DNA of 64,000 nucleotides from contig JBODTK010000138.1 in the NCBI GenBank assembly GCA_050613775.1, positions 186,001 to 250,000 of the forward strand, in the 5' to 3' direction. The notes under the pieces were generated by a model, which did not search any database, was not told where the DNA came from, and was given only the letters and a program-made list of their open reading frames with translations. This document shows, one piece after another, positions 27,771 to 40,550 of this stretch (position 1 is its first letter; each line of letters opens with the position of its first letter). The DNA comes from Neocallimastix sp. 'constans' (taxonomy: Eukaryota). A program made the position numbers and the translations under genes.

Positions 27771-28844
27771 AAATTATATATTTTTACTTTTTGTTTTATT
27801 TTATTTCATTTCATAGTTAGTAAATAAAGAATTTATACAGAATCAATAAATAAACAGAATAAATAGAATCAATATATAATCAATATATAATCAGTATTAT
27901 AGAAAATATAGAATAAATATATAGAAAATATAAAAGTATTATCTATATAATAAATATTATATATATGATATATATATAAAAGTGTACTTTAATTTATTTT
28001 TATTTATTGATGAATCTTTATATAAATTTTATTTAATTTAGAGATAAAACTTTAATTTATATATTTTTGATATTTCATCATAATTAAAACTTACCATAAA
28101 TATTTAAATTAAAACGAAGACGTTAAATGAAAAAAAGATAAAAATAATTAAAATGAAAATGAAAATAATGAAAATTAAAATTGAAAATAATGAAAATTAA
28201 TAATAAAAAAAAAAAAAAAAACAATTAATGGAAAAAAAGGTAAATAAAAGGAAAAAAAAAAATGTTAATAAAAGATAAATAAATAAATAAATAAATAAAT
28301 AGTAAAAGATAAATAAATAAATAGTAAAAGATAATTAATAAATGAAATAAATAAATAATTAAATAATTAATTAAATAAATAATTAATTAATTAATAATTA
28401 AATAAATAAATAATAAATAAATAAATAAATAAAAATTTAAATGATTTATCAAACTTTCCAAAATTTAAAAATTATAATTTAATATAAAAATATGAGAAAA
28501 AAAATTTTTTTATTTATTAAAAGAAAAAAATTTAATTTTTTTCTATATTTAAATAAAATAAAAAATATTTAATATGAAAATTTAATTTTTAAATAATTAA
28601 TATTTTTTATATAAAATTTAAACAAAATAAAATAAAAAATAAAATAAAAAATAAAAAATAAAATAAAAAATAAAATAAATAGTAGAATATTAAATATAAA
28701 ATACAGATTGAATAAAATAAATAATAAAATTTGGTTATAAGTTTTTCATTTATAAAAATGATTCATAATAATTATTTGAATACAACTTGAAAGAATAAAA
28801 TAATTTTAATATGATTATCAAATATTTAACATATATATTAATTC

Positions 28845-28876
<32 letters not shown>

Positions 28877-30550
28877 TTAATTTTTAAAATTTTTTAATTT
28901 TTTAATTTCAGTTAATTAAAATTCTCATTCTTTTTTTTGTTAAGATTAAAAATTGAAAATATATGAATTGGATTAATTTAATTACAAAAAAAAAAAAGAG
29001 TCAAACATATTTAAATAGAATTAAATTAACAATAAAAAAAAATAATTATAAAATAATAAATAATAAATAATAAAAAAGAGTAATAAATAATAAATAATAA
29101 AAAAGAGTATTTATTAATAAATAATAAAATATGAATTATAAATAATATATTAATAAATAATAAATAATAAATAATTGAATAATAAATAATAAATAATAAA
29201 TAATTAAATAATCAATAATCAATAATTAAATAATAAATAAAAAATAATAAATAATAAATAATAAATAATTGAATAATAAATAATAAATAATAAATAATAA
29301 ATAATATATTAATAAATAATAAATAATAAATAATAAATAATTGAATAATAAATAATAAATAATAAATAATTGAATAATTAATAAATAATAATAATAATTT
29401 TTTTTTTATTCATTAGTGTAAACTAAATTTTATTAAATAACTATAAAGGTTATAAATAATAATTTTTTTTTTTTTTTTTTTTTGTTTCAATCTCAAGAGT
29501 GAGTCATTAATATTTTTCAAATGGTATCCAATATTGGTAGTACAAAATTAATAGAACTTTGAAATTATTTTTACCGTAATGGAAAAATTTTTTTAATAAT
29601 AAATGATAATAATAATAATAATAATAATAAAATAATAATATTACTATCATTATTACTCTAATTATAACTATTATTATTATTACTATTATTATGATTATTA
29701 CTATTATTATGATTAATTTTATTTAATTTTATTTATATTTAAAAATCCATAAAACAATAAAAAAAATACATATATATAAATAATAAATTATTCCTATTTT
29801 TTCTTTTTTTTTTAAAAAAAATTTTTTCATTAAAAAATGTTACAGTAAAAAAATAAAAATAAAAATTAAAATAAAAGTAAAAATAAAAAATTAAATTAAA
29901 TTAAATAAAAGATAAAATAAAAAAGTAAAATAAAATAAAAAATAAAATAAAATAAAATAAAATAAAAAATAAAATAAAAAAATAAATAATATAAAAACAA
30001 TAATTATATTTAAATATATATTTAGATATAAATATTAATTATAAACTTAATAAAATATATATATATATATATTTTTATATTTATAGATAAATAATATAAA
30101 TTCTTTATATATACATATATTTATACCATTATATTATTAGTTTATTATTAATCATATATAGATAAAAGAAAAAATTACAAACCTATTTTTTTTTTTTTAT
30201 TTATTCATTTTTCTATTTTATTTATTTATTTATTTTTCTTTTTGAATAAATATATGTAAGAAATTATATTAAATTAAAAAAAATAATAATAATATACATA
30301 TCTTATTAATCTTATAATAATTAATTACAAATAGAAAATAATAGAAAATTATATCATTGATTAATAATAATTCAAAAACAATAATTTATAAATAAATTAT
30401 AAAATACAATATATATTATAAATAATAAAAAAAAAAGATAAAAAACAATATAGAGTATTACGATAATAAATATATATATAAAGTAATTAATTTATAATAT
30501 AAAATTTGTAACATTAAAAAAAAAAAAAAAAAAAAAAAAAAGAATAAAAA

Positions 30551-31965
30551 ATGTTTGATGCCAATATAGAGGAAAAACAAATAAATAATGGTTTCGATGT
30601 ATTTATGAATGTAACCACAACAACTTTAAATAATGTAAATAATACTCAATATTTTTTGCCTGGGTTGACCTTTTTCTTTGTTTGGTATACGTATTATGTC
30701 GTCGGTGAAGGAAAAGTATGGAAATATTTACTATATACTACCCTTTTTGGTTTTATAGCTTCTTCTCTAACGAATATGTTCAATACATTTAAAATATTCT
30801 TCAGCCTTGACTATGTATTACAAATTAAATGGATTGAAAATATCTTCTGGCATTTAAATGAATATGGCTATGTTTATATTACCTTCATTAAGTTAAGAAC
30901 GGTTGTGGAGGAACTACGAAAAAAACAATGGAATTATGTTATGAATATTCTTTTTATATATAATTTTATTGTAAGGTTATTTATTTCTCTAGTAACTATC
31001 GTAGGAAGAACTGCTAAGGCGGGATCTCACTTTCAAATGTTATCTTTTCTTCCCTTGTCTTTTATTGAATTTATTTTTATGTGCTTAATTGTGAAAGCCT
31101 TCATAAAACAATCTGAAAATCAAATGACTAAAGATTTAATTTCTACCATGCTTAATAGTACTTTAACAAGAATGTTTATAGGTAGATTAAAGAGAATACC
31201 ATATATAAATATATATATTATTAAAAGTTTTTTTTTTTTTTCTTTTTTTTAAGTTCATATTAAATATATATATATTTTTTTTTCTTTTTTTTTTTTAAGT
31301 TCATATTAAATATATATTTTTAGATAATAAAAAGAAAAAAATTATAAAAATTGTTTATTAATAAAAAAATTTTTTTTTCTTTTTTATTTTTTTTTAAATT
31401 ATATATATATATTAAATAATTTATTAAAAATAATATATATATATATAATAATAATAATAATAATTTACTTTATTCGGTTTAATATAGTGGGTTTAATTTA
31501 TTTTCTTGTATCCGTAGTAGGCTTTTACTATTCACCACCAATTTTAAAAGGTATAAAACAAGTTGTATTTAGAGCAAAGTCTAGTTTAGGTTTAATATTC
31601 CTATTAGATTTGCTTTATATTCATATTGATTTAAAGAAAAAAGTAACTACTCAACAGAACTTATTGAATGTCTATTCAAGAAATCCCGAAAGTACCCTCT
31701 ATAATTCAATTTCTATACAGAGTCCAAAATTCATGATGGATAATAACAGTAAGTGAAGTGATAAACTATTTAAATAAATAATATATCTTTTTTTTTTTTT
31801 TTTTTTTTTTTTTTGTTTTGTTTTGTTTTGTTTTTTGGAATAATATTAATTTTAATTTTTATAAATTTTATATTAAAATGAAATGTGATTACTAATTAAT
31901 ATATTTATTATTTATATATTTATGTATTATTAATATATATATATTTATTTTTTATTATTTAAAAA

Positions 31966-32000
<35 letters not shown>

Positions 32001-32080
32001 TGATGACATATGATCCTAGAATTAGCCCAATAAGAGGAAATGGTTCTGTCGTTTTTTTTGAAAATTCATTGAACTCATAA
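30551..32080 (+). CDS. Uncharacterised multi-pass (probably 7TM, GPCR-like) membrane protein, paralogue 2; exons 30551-31181, 31488-31748, 32001-32080
   Basis: Clear homology to paralogue 1 (DYVLQIKWIE..FWHLNEYGYVYI, KLRTVV, LTRMF, LGLIFLLDLL). Same first intron position; both introns are phase 1; the frame is open across the splices. Confidence 0.85.
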
Positions 32081-32710
32081 TATTCTAAATTTTTTATTTT
32101 TTTTTTTTTTTATCTTTTTCACTTTTTCAGCGTTTTAATATTAAATTCATTAAAAAAAAAAACTATAAATACAATTATATAAAAAAAAAAAAAATAATAA
32201 AGAAAAAAAATTTTTTTTTCTTTTTATTTTCTTTTTTTTTCTCCTTTAAATAATGAAATAATTTATTGATAATAAATAGCTATTATTTATGAAATTATTA
32301 TCATTGTCAAAAAAGAAAAGAAATATATATATATATAAATTTTTTTTTCTTTAAATATAGAAATATTCTCAATAATAAAAATTTTTTATTATCTTAAATC
32401 TGTTTATAAAAATATAAAAATATAAAAATATTAAAAAAAAAAAAAATTATTATTAATTTTTTATAAATATATATTATATGTATATATGAACCAATACGCA
32501 AAATAAAATAAAATATAAATATAACAAAAATTTTATATATATATTCATTTATAATAATAATAGTAATAATAAACTAATTATAAATTAATAATAAAATTTA
32601 TAAAAGATTAATCGTTTAAAAATAATTATTATTATATTTTATGTATATAATAAATAATATTAGTGATGGCTATTTTCCAAATCTTTTCATAGTATTTTTT
32701 AGTATTTTTT

Positions 32711-34850
32711 TCCACTCAGGGGACGTATCACCTTCCATAGGGTTCATTGAGGGAAGGCCATTTTAATTCTCATGATACCTTTATACATATATTATAAAAA
32801 AAAAAAAAATAATGCCTTTTTTATTATTTTCAACTCTTCATCAATGATTATATGATAAAACCTTCTAGATATTAAATATAATAAATATAGTTTACTAATA
32901 ATTTGATTTTTTTTTCTTTTAGGTTGCAAATCCGATTGAAATAAATACAATATAAAAAATATATATCTATATCTATATATATATAACTACATGAAATAAT
33001 AAAATACAATAATGACAACTATATTTATGTTTTTTAATTTTTTTTTCTACATCATTCATTAATTTTTTTTTATTCCTTTTATGTAATTTTTATATATTTT
33101 TTTTCATTAATATGGTTTATTTTTTTATTTTTTGATATGTAGACTATACGTAGAGATTTGAGATGTGTTTTAGTACTAACCATGAAAATTTTGTTTTAAT
33201 TTTCATTTTTGACCTTAAATCTTGGACTGAAAGTATAATATGGGAAATTTTAATTAAAAAAAAAAAAATGTTAAATTGTTACGAAATTATTCATGGAATT
33301 GTTAAAATGTACTATAGTAATATGAAAAAAAAAAAAAAACACTTCATCCTAAGAGTTAAACTATAATATTAATATGGATTATTTGAAAGTTATTTATATG
33401 ATTACAAAACACTTAACCAATTAAAAGAATAAATTGGAAGATTACTTCAAGGATATATACTTTTAGTAAAAAATAAATTATAATAGAACTAGGTATTATT
33501 CTGAATTCATTATTCCTATCTCTGATAATCTTCTATAGGCTAATTCCTTCTCAAATATTCTAATATTTTAACTAACAGACATAAAAAAAAAAAAACCTGG
33601 AAGGTGCGGCCTTTATATTGGAAAATTTATAATTTCTGCAAAATTTCATTAATGATAATTTAAAATATTAATATATACTTTCAGAGTATATAGTTTCTGT
33701 TTTTTTTTTTGGGGGGGTTCTATATGTTTATTAATAAACATTTATATCACAACAACAACAACAAAAAAAAAAAAAAAAAAAATGAAGACTTGAAGACTCT
33801 AAGAGATAAAGAGAAAACCGATTTTGTTAATTAGCTCAAGAATTACCAGAATAGTCCTTCTCTTATTATTGGTAATTTCAACATGACTAATTCGCAGCAT
33901 AAAGATCTTATACATAGAATTTCCTCTTAATAGTTTGTCATGGATATGGTGGGTCACCAGTTTACTCGAACTAATATTGGAAATAATTTTTGTATTGATT
34001 TTATTGTTATTAAACGATAAAATTTTAAGAGATTATCTGAATTTTTTGCTTCTATATTCCACTCTTTTAATGATATCTCTGACCATTTACTACTTTATTC
34101 TTTCTTGTAAAAAAAATCTCCTAATGGCTTTACTACGTTGCCTCCTGGTATGAAAATTAAATGGCTTTAATCAAATTTATAAGGATAAAGATGAAATAAT
34201 TTTCTCTCATAATAAATTCTCATGTTTTCTGTATGAATTTAAAAATAATAATGATAATTTGGATTTTTAACCCAATGGTAAAAAAAATTTCTTGTTAAAG
34301 CAAATGAAGTTGGTGATGAAATTGAAATTCAAAGCAAGATAATTCCTAAAGATCTACAGGGTTCAGCAAAAAATTCCATTGCCTTGCTTATATTAAGGAA
34401 ATTATTTCATGAAAAAAGCTTTGCTTTTTTTATATATATATATATTTTAATAAAAAGATTAAAATATTTTAAAGTTAGAAGTTGTTTTATCTCATCTTCA
34501 ATTAGTAATTGTAATCTCTCCAAAGAATACAGGCTTCTTTCAGATTATATCATTAATATTAAAAGAGGAATATATTAGAATATTTTAGATTTAAATTTTT
34601 GATTCATTTCAATGGGCAATTGTTTCTTTAAAAAATGTCATTCATCATGATTGGTCTGGACTTAAAAAAGAAAAAATCTCAAAAACCTTCTTTTCTCTCC
34701 TTCTTTCCCTCGATCATATCACCTGTGTATATTAAAGTTAAAAAGCAGGTAATGGTTCTAGTCTATTTCAAGGAAAAGATCGATCAATTCAACCGTTTTT
34801 TTTTTTTTTTGGGAAGGGAATACTATGAGGAACTTGCTTGCTTCTGATAT
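32711..34850 (+). mobile_element. Degenerate LINE 5' portion (5' end, ORF1-like remnant, APE endonuclease remnant)
   Basis: PGRCGLYIG (~33596), NSPSLIIGNFNM (~33850) and DISDH (~34072) match IPGKRGLYIG, SHPSMLVGDFN and PISDH in the LINE at 55718-56390. 33137-33260 is homologous to the reverse complement of ~44000-44112. Confidence 0.75.
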
Positions 34851-35597
34851 AATCATGTCATCGTTTCTTTTATTAGAATTTATTAAGGAAAGAAATACTA
34901 AACAATTCTTTTTTTTTCTTTTCCTTTATAAAATTAAAATTATTATTAGACCAGAACTGTTGGACAGTTTGGTTTTTTTTTTTTTTTAGAAATGAAGAAG
35001 AACATCTTTCCTTATTTGTCTAGTCGACATTCGTATAAAATTTATCAAAAAAAAAAAAAATTATTATCTATACTTTAATTCGAAAACTTTTCCAAAAAAA
35101 AAAATTTTTTCCAATACATACATCATCATGACGTTCCCCAAGAATGCTCCTTATCCCCCTTTTTTTTTATTTAATAATATTTATCAATAACATTATTTTT
35201 TTTTTTTTTATAAATGTAAGAAATATAGTAGGATTACAGGAAGAAAAAATAATAAAGTGTTGTTGTTGTGGTGGCGGTAGTGATGGTCAATTGACTAATG
35301 ATATTGTCTTGTTTGTAACTCTTAACCGCAAAAAAAAAAAAAAAAAAAAAAAGAGTTCATGATTGGAAGAAGGAGGAAGAAACAGAAAAGTATTAAAAAT
35401 AAAAAAAAATGAAAAAAAATGAAAAAAAAAAATGAAAAAAAAAATTGACCTTTGGAATCAGTAAAGGGGCTACACTTGTTAGTTAAACCAAAAAAAAAAA
35501 AAAATTTTTTTCAAAAACATTATGAAAATCTTTTTACCTTTTAAACTTGGTAGTTTTTGTGCTAAGACGAGGATGCAATACTCTATAAAAAAAAAAT

Positions 35598-36485
35598 GGA
35601 AAGAATTAGATAGTTTTTACACTACTTCTTTTGCAATATTAAAAAATAAAGAACAAGAAACATATAAAATATTATTTAAAAAATTAAAAAAAAAAAAAAA
35701 AAAAAAGCTAATACGTGTAACAATAATATTATAATTGCAGAATCACTCAATAGTTATTTAAATAATTTATTTCCAACAAAACCATCCTATTATGAATTAA
35801 TAGATAAATTAAATGAACTTGAACATTTATCATATTATGATTATCAAAGAAAAAATAAGAGGAATTTGGAAAATAAAAAAAAAAAAAAAAAGAGCAATAA
35901 ATAAAGCTAATGAAATCAGTGTCTTAATTGAACGCTACAAAAATATTGAAACCAAGTTAATTGATACTAAATGTGATAGAAATAATACTATTAATTTGTG
36001 GTTTGATTGTTTAACTGATTTAAATAATAAAATATAAATATTATTTTATAATAAATAACTAAGAAATGAAGAATAACCAAACGAAATAATCAGAATTCTG
36101 TCATTCAAAAATTTAATATATAAAGCTTATTAAATTTATACAGTTTAAATAAATATTCAAATACGTCTCTATAATTAATAATTTTATCATTATAATTATT
36201 ACTTTTTTTTTTAATAGCATTTAACTAAAATAATTATTATTAATAATATTTATGTTTTTAATAACATTTATATTTTTATATAATTTTTTTATTAATAGCA
36301 TTTAAATATATGAATTAAAATCATAAAATCTAACCATTATATGATTTATTTAATTATTCACTTAATAAATAATTTAAAAATATAAATAACAAAATAATGC
36401 AATAAAATAATATTATGTAGCATAATATAGCTATAGCCACATATTTTTATATATCACGTGAAAATTGGCGTAATGCAACCTCCCC
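35598..36485 (+). mobile_element. MULE 3' fragment, same family and same internal deletion as copy 1
   Basis: Highly similar to 7547-8615 (aaagaattagatagtttttacactacttcttttgc...). Ends at aaaattggcgtaatgcaacctcccc and lacks the 8290-8494 insertion. Confidence 0.9.
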
Positions 36486-36520
36486 AAAAAATTAAATTTT
36501 TAATTATTAATAAATATTAC

Positions 36521-36525
<5 letters not shown>

Positions 36526-36564
<39 letters not shown>

Positions 36565-38276
36565 CAGGGAAGAGAATACACTTCCAAAACTTTATTAAAT
36601 TTTATTTTAAAAAATACATGTAGGTGAAAAGTACATTTGAAATTAAAAATAAAAAATTAAAAAATAAAAAAATAAAAAAGCTCAAAAATACTATGTATTT
36701 CGGCAAGTTGTACTATGCGGGAATTTTTCCCTTCCTATCAAATAAAAAAGAAATAAAACCTAGAAGTAACATCTTTAAAATAGATAGTGTGGTGTCCACT
36801 AAACTCTCCCCGGACTCATCATTTATTGAACTACTAGGGAGAGATTCATCCTTCGTAGCAATAGATGACGATCCTGTATTATCATTATGCCTTATCAGTA
36901 CGACGTCGACGCTCTTGGATAAGTTTGGTATTTTGCAATACCTATCAAATAATAGCTCAAACGAACTACTTATGATAGGTATTGCACTTGTTAAGAATTC
37001 CGCCAAGCCCACAATTTTTGGAACAGGTGACTCAGATGAACCTTTGAAAAGTAGTTCATTTAATTGTCTCTGTTCCCCACTATCGAAATGTAGCTCATTT
37101 AAAACTAAAGTCCCACCAAGAAGGAACAAGTATATATAATGATTGATATAATCTTCAAAATTAGAAATAGAGTCATAGGAAGAAAGTGGATTAAACACTC
37201 TAATCTTCCTAAGGAATAAAACATAGAGATCATCGATGAAATTTAAAGAATTCCATCTAAAAGATGCAAGAGCATCGCATTTAAAAATCCAATGTTCAAA
37301 AGATTGTTTATCTTCGCCACAACAGGGGCAAGACTTGGGACAATCTTCTGAAACTCTACCCATTCTAATAGCAATAGTAGTATTGTATTTATAACCACAG
37401 CGTAAACGAATAATCCACGAAAACCCTAAGTTGAATTGGGGATATTTTAAACTAAGCATAATTATAGCTTTATTGTTTGAGAACTTATTACGATCGTAAT
37501 TTTGACCTTTAATACCTTGAAATTTGGCAACTGATTTCCAGTAACGTTCTAAAATATCGTCATATTTTTCACATTTATATTTTTTGATTTTTTTATACAG
37601 TGTTCTAGATTCTTTAGTCCAGGAATAATGATGCATTTTGGGAATAGATTTAATAAGATCCTTTATAATACAGTTTGATTTACTCCATTTTGCAAATGAT
37701 TTAATCTGTAAGGCTGCGCAGACACCAGCAATAGGAGGAATGCTTAGATCTCGAGATAAAGCATAAGTACTCATAGTAGAATTATGTCTAATATAGTCAT
37801 TGTCTTCTGAACTTGTTTTACCATTTTTAGAGAAGGAGCCGATACACCAAAATAGACCAGTATTAATTAATGTTTGAATTCTGGCCGTTCTGGATTTGTT
37901 TGAACCAAGTAAAGGAGAATAATAGATTACTTTACTAATAACAAAGGATTGAAGAACTTTTTTCTTGTATGCAATAGGGATAAGTATATTTGAGAAGAAA
38001 TGTGTAAATGAAAGAAGGGATTTTCTAACTTTAAAATGCATGTGAGATATAATGTGTTCTAGTAAGAGATCATCAGAAAAAGGAATACCAAGATAAATAT
38101 AACTAGAAACTTTAGGAATAGCATTCATTCCTAAATAGAAGGTTGGGTCACTATAGTTTGGAGGAGATTGGAAGTTCATTGGTTTTATAACCATAGTTGC
38201 ACATTTTTCAATACCAAAAGTCATTTCATTTAAATTAGCCCATCTATGTACCTTTTTTAGTAATTTTTCTAAATTT
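36526..38276 (-). mobile_element. 5'-truncated LINE with poly(A) tail and 9-bp TSD
   Basis: Poly(T) at ~36525-36561; TSD ttactatat at 36517-36525 and 38277-38285; contains an uninterrupted ORF2 C-terminal half. Confidence 0.9.
36713..38224 (-). CDS. LINE ORF2 C-terminal part (end of RT/thumb, YLG motif, CCHC zinc knuckle)
   Basis: FGIEKCATM, YIYLGIPF, CPCCG..SFEHWIFKC. Homologous to 53364-54208. N-terminally truncated, so probably non-functional. Confidence 0.85.
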   Translation of the reverse strand: MTFGIEKCATMVIKPMNFQSPPNYSDPTFYLGMNAIPKVSSYIYLGIPFSDDLLLEHIISHMHFKVRKSLLSFTHFFSNILIPIAYKKKVLQSFVISKVIYYSPLLGSNKSRTARIQTLINTGLFWCIGSFSKNGKTSSEDNDYIRHNSTMSTYALSRDLSIPPIAGVCAALQIKSFAKWSKSNCIIKDLIKSIPKMHHYSWTKESRTLYKKIKKYKCEKYDDILERYWKSVAKFQGIKGQNYDRNKFSNNKAIIMLSLKYPQFNLGFSWIIRLRCGYKYNTTIAIRMGRVSEDCPKSCPCCGEDKQSFEHWIFKCDALASFRWNSLNFIDDLYVLFLRKIRVFNPLSSYDSISNFEDYINHYIYLFLLGGTLVLNELHFDSGEQRQLNELLFKGSSESPVPKIVGLAEFLTSAIPIISSSFELLFDRYCKIPNLSKSVDVVLIRHNDNTGSSSIATKDESLPSSSINDESGESLVDTTLSILKMLLLGFISFLFDRKGKIPA

Positions 38277-38286
38277 TTACTATATA

Positions 38287-38597
38287 TTATAAAATATAAT
38301 TACAATATTAATTATTTGTATAATTAATTAAATTAGATGGAGCGAGTTCCGCTTAACTACTAATTATCCAATATATATAAATAATATATTATTTTTGCAT
38401 TAATATTATTATATTATATTTATTATTATTTGTATAATATATAGAAGAAAAGAAAAAGTTAATAAAATCATTAAAGTATATATATTTTTTTCTAACAGCC
38501 AATAGTTTTTAGTTTTTAATATTTAATAAAATTAAAAAAAAATATTAAAAAAAGCTATAAAAATATATAGTTTTAATTAATTGTTTTTTGAATTTAA
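38287..38597. repeat. Left arm of a long inverted repeat flanking the acetyltransferase
   Basis: Reverse complement aligns to 40163-40550, e.g. aattagatggagcgagttccgcttaa vs ttaagcggaacttgctccatctaatt, and cagccaatagtttttagtttttaatatttaataaaatt vs aattttattaaatattaaaaactaaaaatctattggctg. Confidence 0.85.
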
Positions 38598-39189
38598 TTA
38601 AATTCTGATATTTTTTTTTCTATATTTCTGATTGTTTTGATCTTAAAATGAATATAAAAAAATAAAATAAAAAAAAAAAAAAAAAAATAAAAATAAAAAT
38701 AAAAAAAATCAGTATAAAAAAAATGATAAAAAAATTCTAATAATTTAAATCAAATTAAAAATAATAATTATAATTATAATAAAACAAAATATTATAGCAT
38801 TAATTAAAAAAAAAAAAAGTATTAATCTTTACTTATGTTTATTTTTTTTTTTCAATTTTATAGAAAATTTATTTGCTTATTATTTATGGTTTTATCTTTT
38901 ATCTTTTAAATAGGTTATCATAAATAAAAATGTCAATACACATAAAATATCTAAAAATATATTTTTTTTTTATAAAGAATAATAATTATTATGAAATTAA
39001 TGTAATATTTAATTTAAATGACTTTATTATATATATTATTATAATATTTTCTTTTTATAAAAAAAAATAATAATAATAATTTAATTATTATTATTATTAT
39101 TATTATTATTACAATTTATTATTACAATAACCACCATTCATTTTATGTATAAAAAAAATTATATATATAAAAGAAACTTTTTTTTTTTT

Positions 39190-39723
39190 TTATACTTCAA
39201 TTCTTCTAATAACTCTAGCTGGATTGCCAGCAACAATAACATTATCTTCAACACTCTTGGTAACAACACTTCCAGCTCCAACTACTGAATTTTCACCGAT
39301 AGTAACACCTGGTAAAATAGTAGCTCCAGCACCTATCCAAACATTCTTCTTAATATGAACTGGTTTACATGTAATTACTACACGATCTTTTAAATCATGA
39401 TTATTTGATATAAGTTGAACATTTGCAGCAAGCATTGCATTATCATCAATGGTAATTCCACCAGCAGCCATAAATAAGCAGCCAGAATTAACATAAACAT
39501 TATCCCCAATAGTAACACAATTGTATCTGGCACCACCAGATATTGGTGCTGTAACTCTGGAGTTCTTTCCTATCTTACCTTCAAAAATTTTATGCATCAA
39601 TTCATCATATTCTGGAGTACCTGGCATAGTATGATTGAATTTGAATACAAGTTGATCTAACTTGGATGCTAAAGCTAATTCTTCTGGAGTTTGTTTACTG
39701 ACATCAATTCTAACTTCTTCCAT
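39190..39723 (-). CDS. Sugar O-acetyltransferase (maltose/galactoside acetyltransferase-like, left-handed beta-helix hexapeptide family), bacterial-type
   Basis: Intronless 177 aa: VTIGDNVYVN..GGITIDDNAMLAANVQLISNNHD, KPVHIKKNVWIGAGATILPGVTIGENSVVGAGSVVTK, VAGNPARVIR. Confidence 0.92.
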   Translation of the reverse strand: MEEVRIDVSKQTPEELALASKLDQLVFKFNHTMPGTPEYDELMHKIFEGKIGKNSRVTAPISGGARYNCVTIGDNVYVNSGCLFMAAGGITIDDNAMLAANVQLISNNHDLKDRVVITCKPVHIKKNVWIGAGATILPGVTIGENSVVGAGSVVTKSVEDNVIVAGNPARVIRRIEV

Positions 39724-40162
39724 CTATTAAAATATTATTAAAATATTATTAAAATATGTTTAAAATATGTTTAAAATTGTTATTACTTCCATTTACTATT
39801 TTTATTTTATTATTATCATTTTCTATCTATTATTTTATTTTATTTTATTTTATTTTAGTTATGAATATTTTTTTTAATTTATTACTATAAATATAATTTT
39901 ATTATTATAATTATTTTATTTTTTATTTTTTTTTTATTTTATATATATATATATACTTTTTTTTTGCTAGTTTAGTAATATATATTAATTTTTCAATTAA
40001 ATACTTTTGTTATTTATTATTATATTATTATATTATTATCTAAACCTATCAAAACTTTGTTATTCCTTTCTGTTTTTGTTTTATTTTTATTTATTTATAT
40101 TTATATATATATATATTTTTCATACCTTCTTTTTTGTTCTTTATTATTTATTTTGATATTAA

Positions 40163-40550
40163 AAAATTCAAAAGCATTTATTAAAACTGAATATTTTTAT
40201 ATCTTTTTTTAATATTTTTTTTTAATTTTATTAAATATTAAAAACTAAAAATCTATTGGCTGATAGAAAATATATATATATACTTATATGATTTTATTAA
40301 CTTTTTTTTTCTTCTATATATAAATAAATACTGTACATAATAATAATAATTATAATATTATTCCTAGTCTAAAAAAAAAAAAAAAAAAAAAATAATTATA
40401 ATATATAATAATACAAATATAATATATTATTTATATATATTAGATAAATAATTTAAAATTTATTTATTATTTAAATAGTTGTTTAAGCGGAACTTGCTCC
40501 ATCTAATTTAATTAATTATACATATAATTAATATTATAATTATATTTATA
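40163..40550. repeat. Right arm of the long inverted repeat
   Basis: Inverse of 38287-38597 with substitutions and small indels. Confidence 0.85.

Noticed and set aside
36624..37139. 171-aa plus-strand ORF
   Set aside because: Antisense shadow of LINE ORF2.
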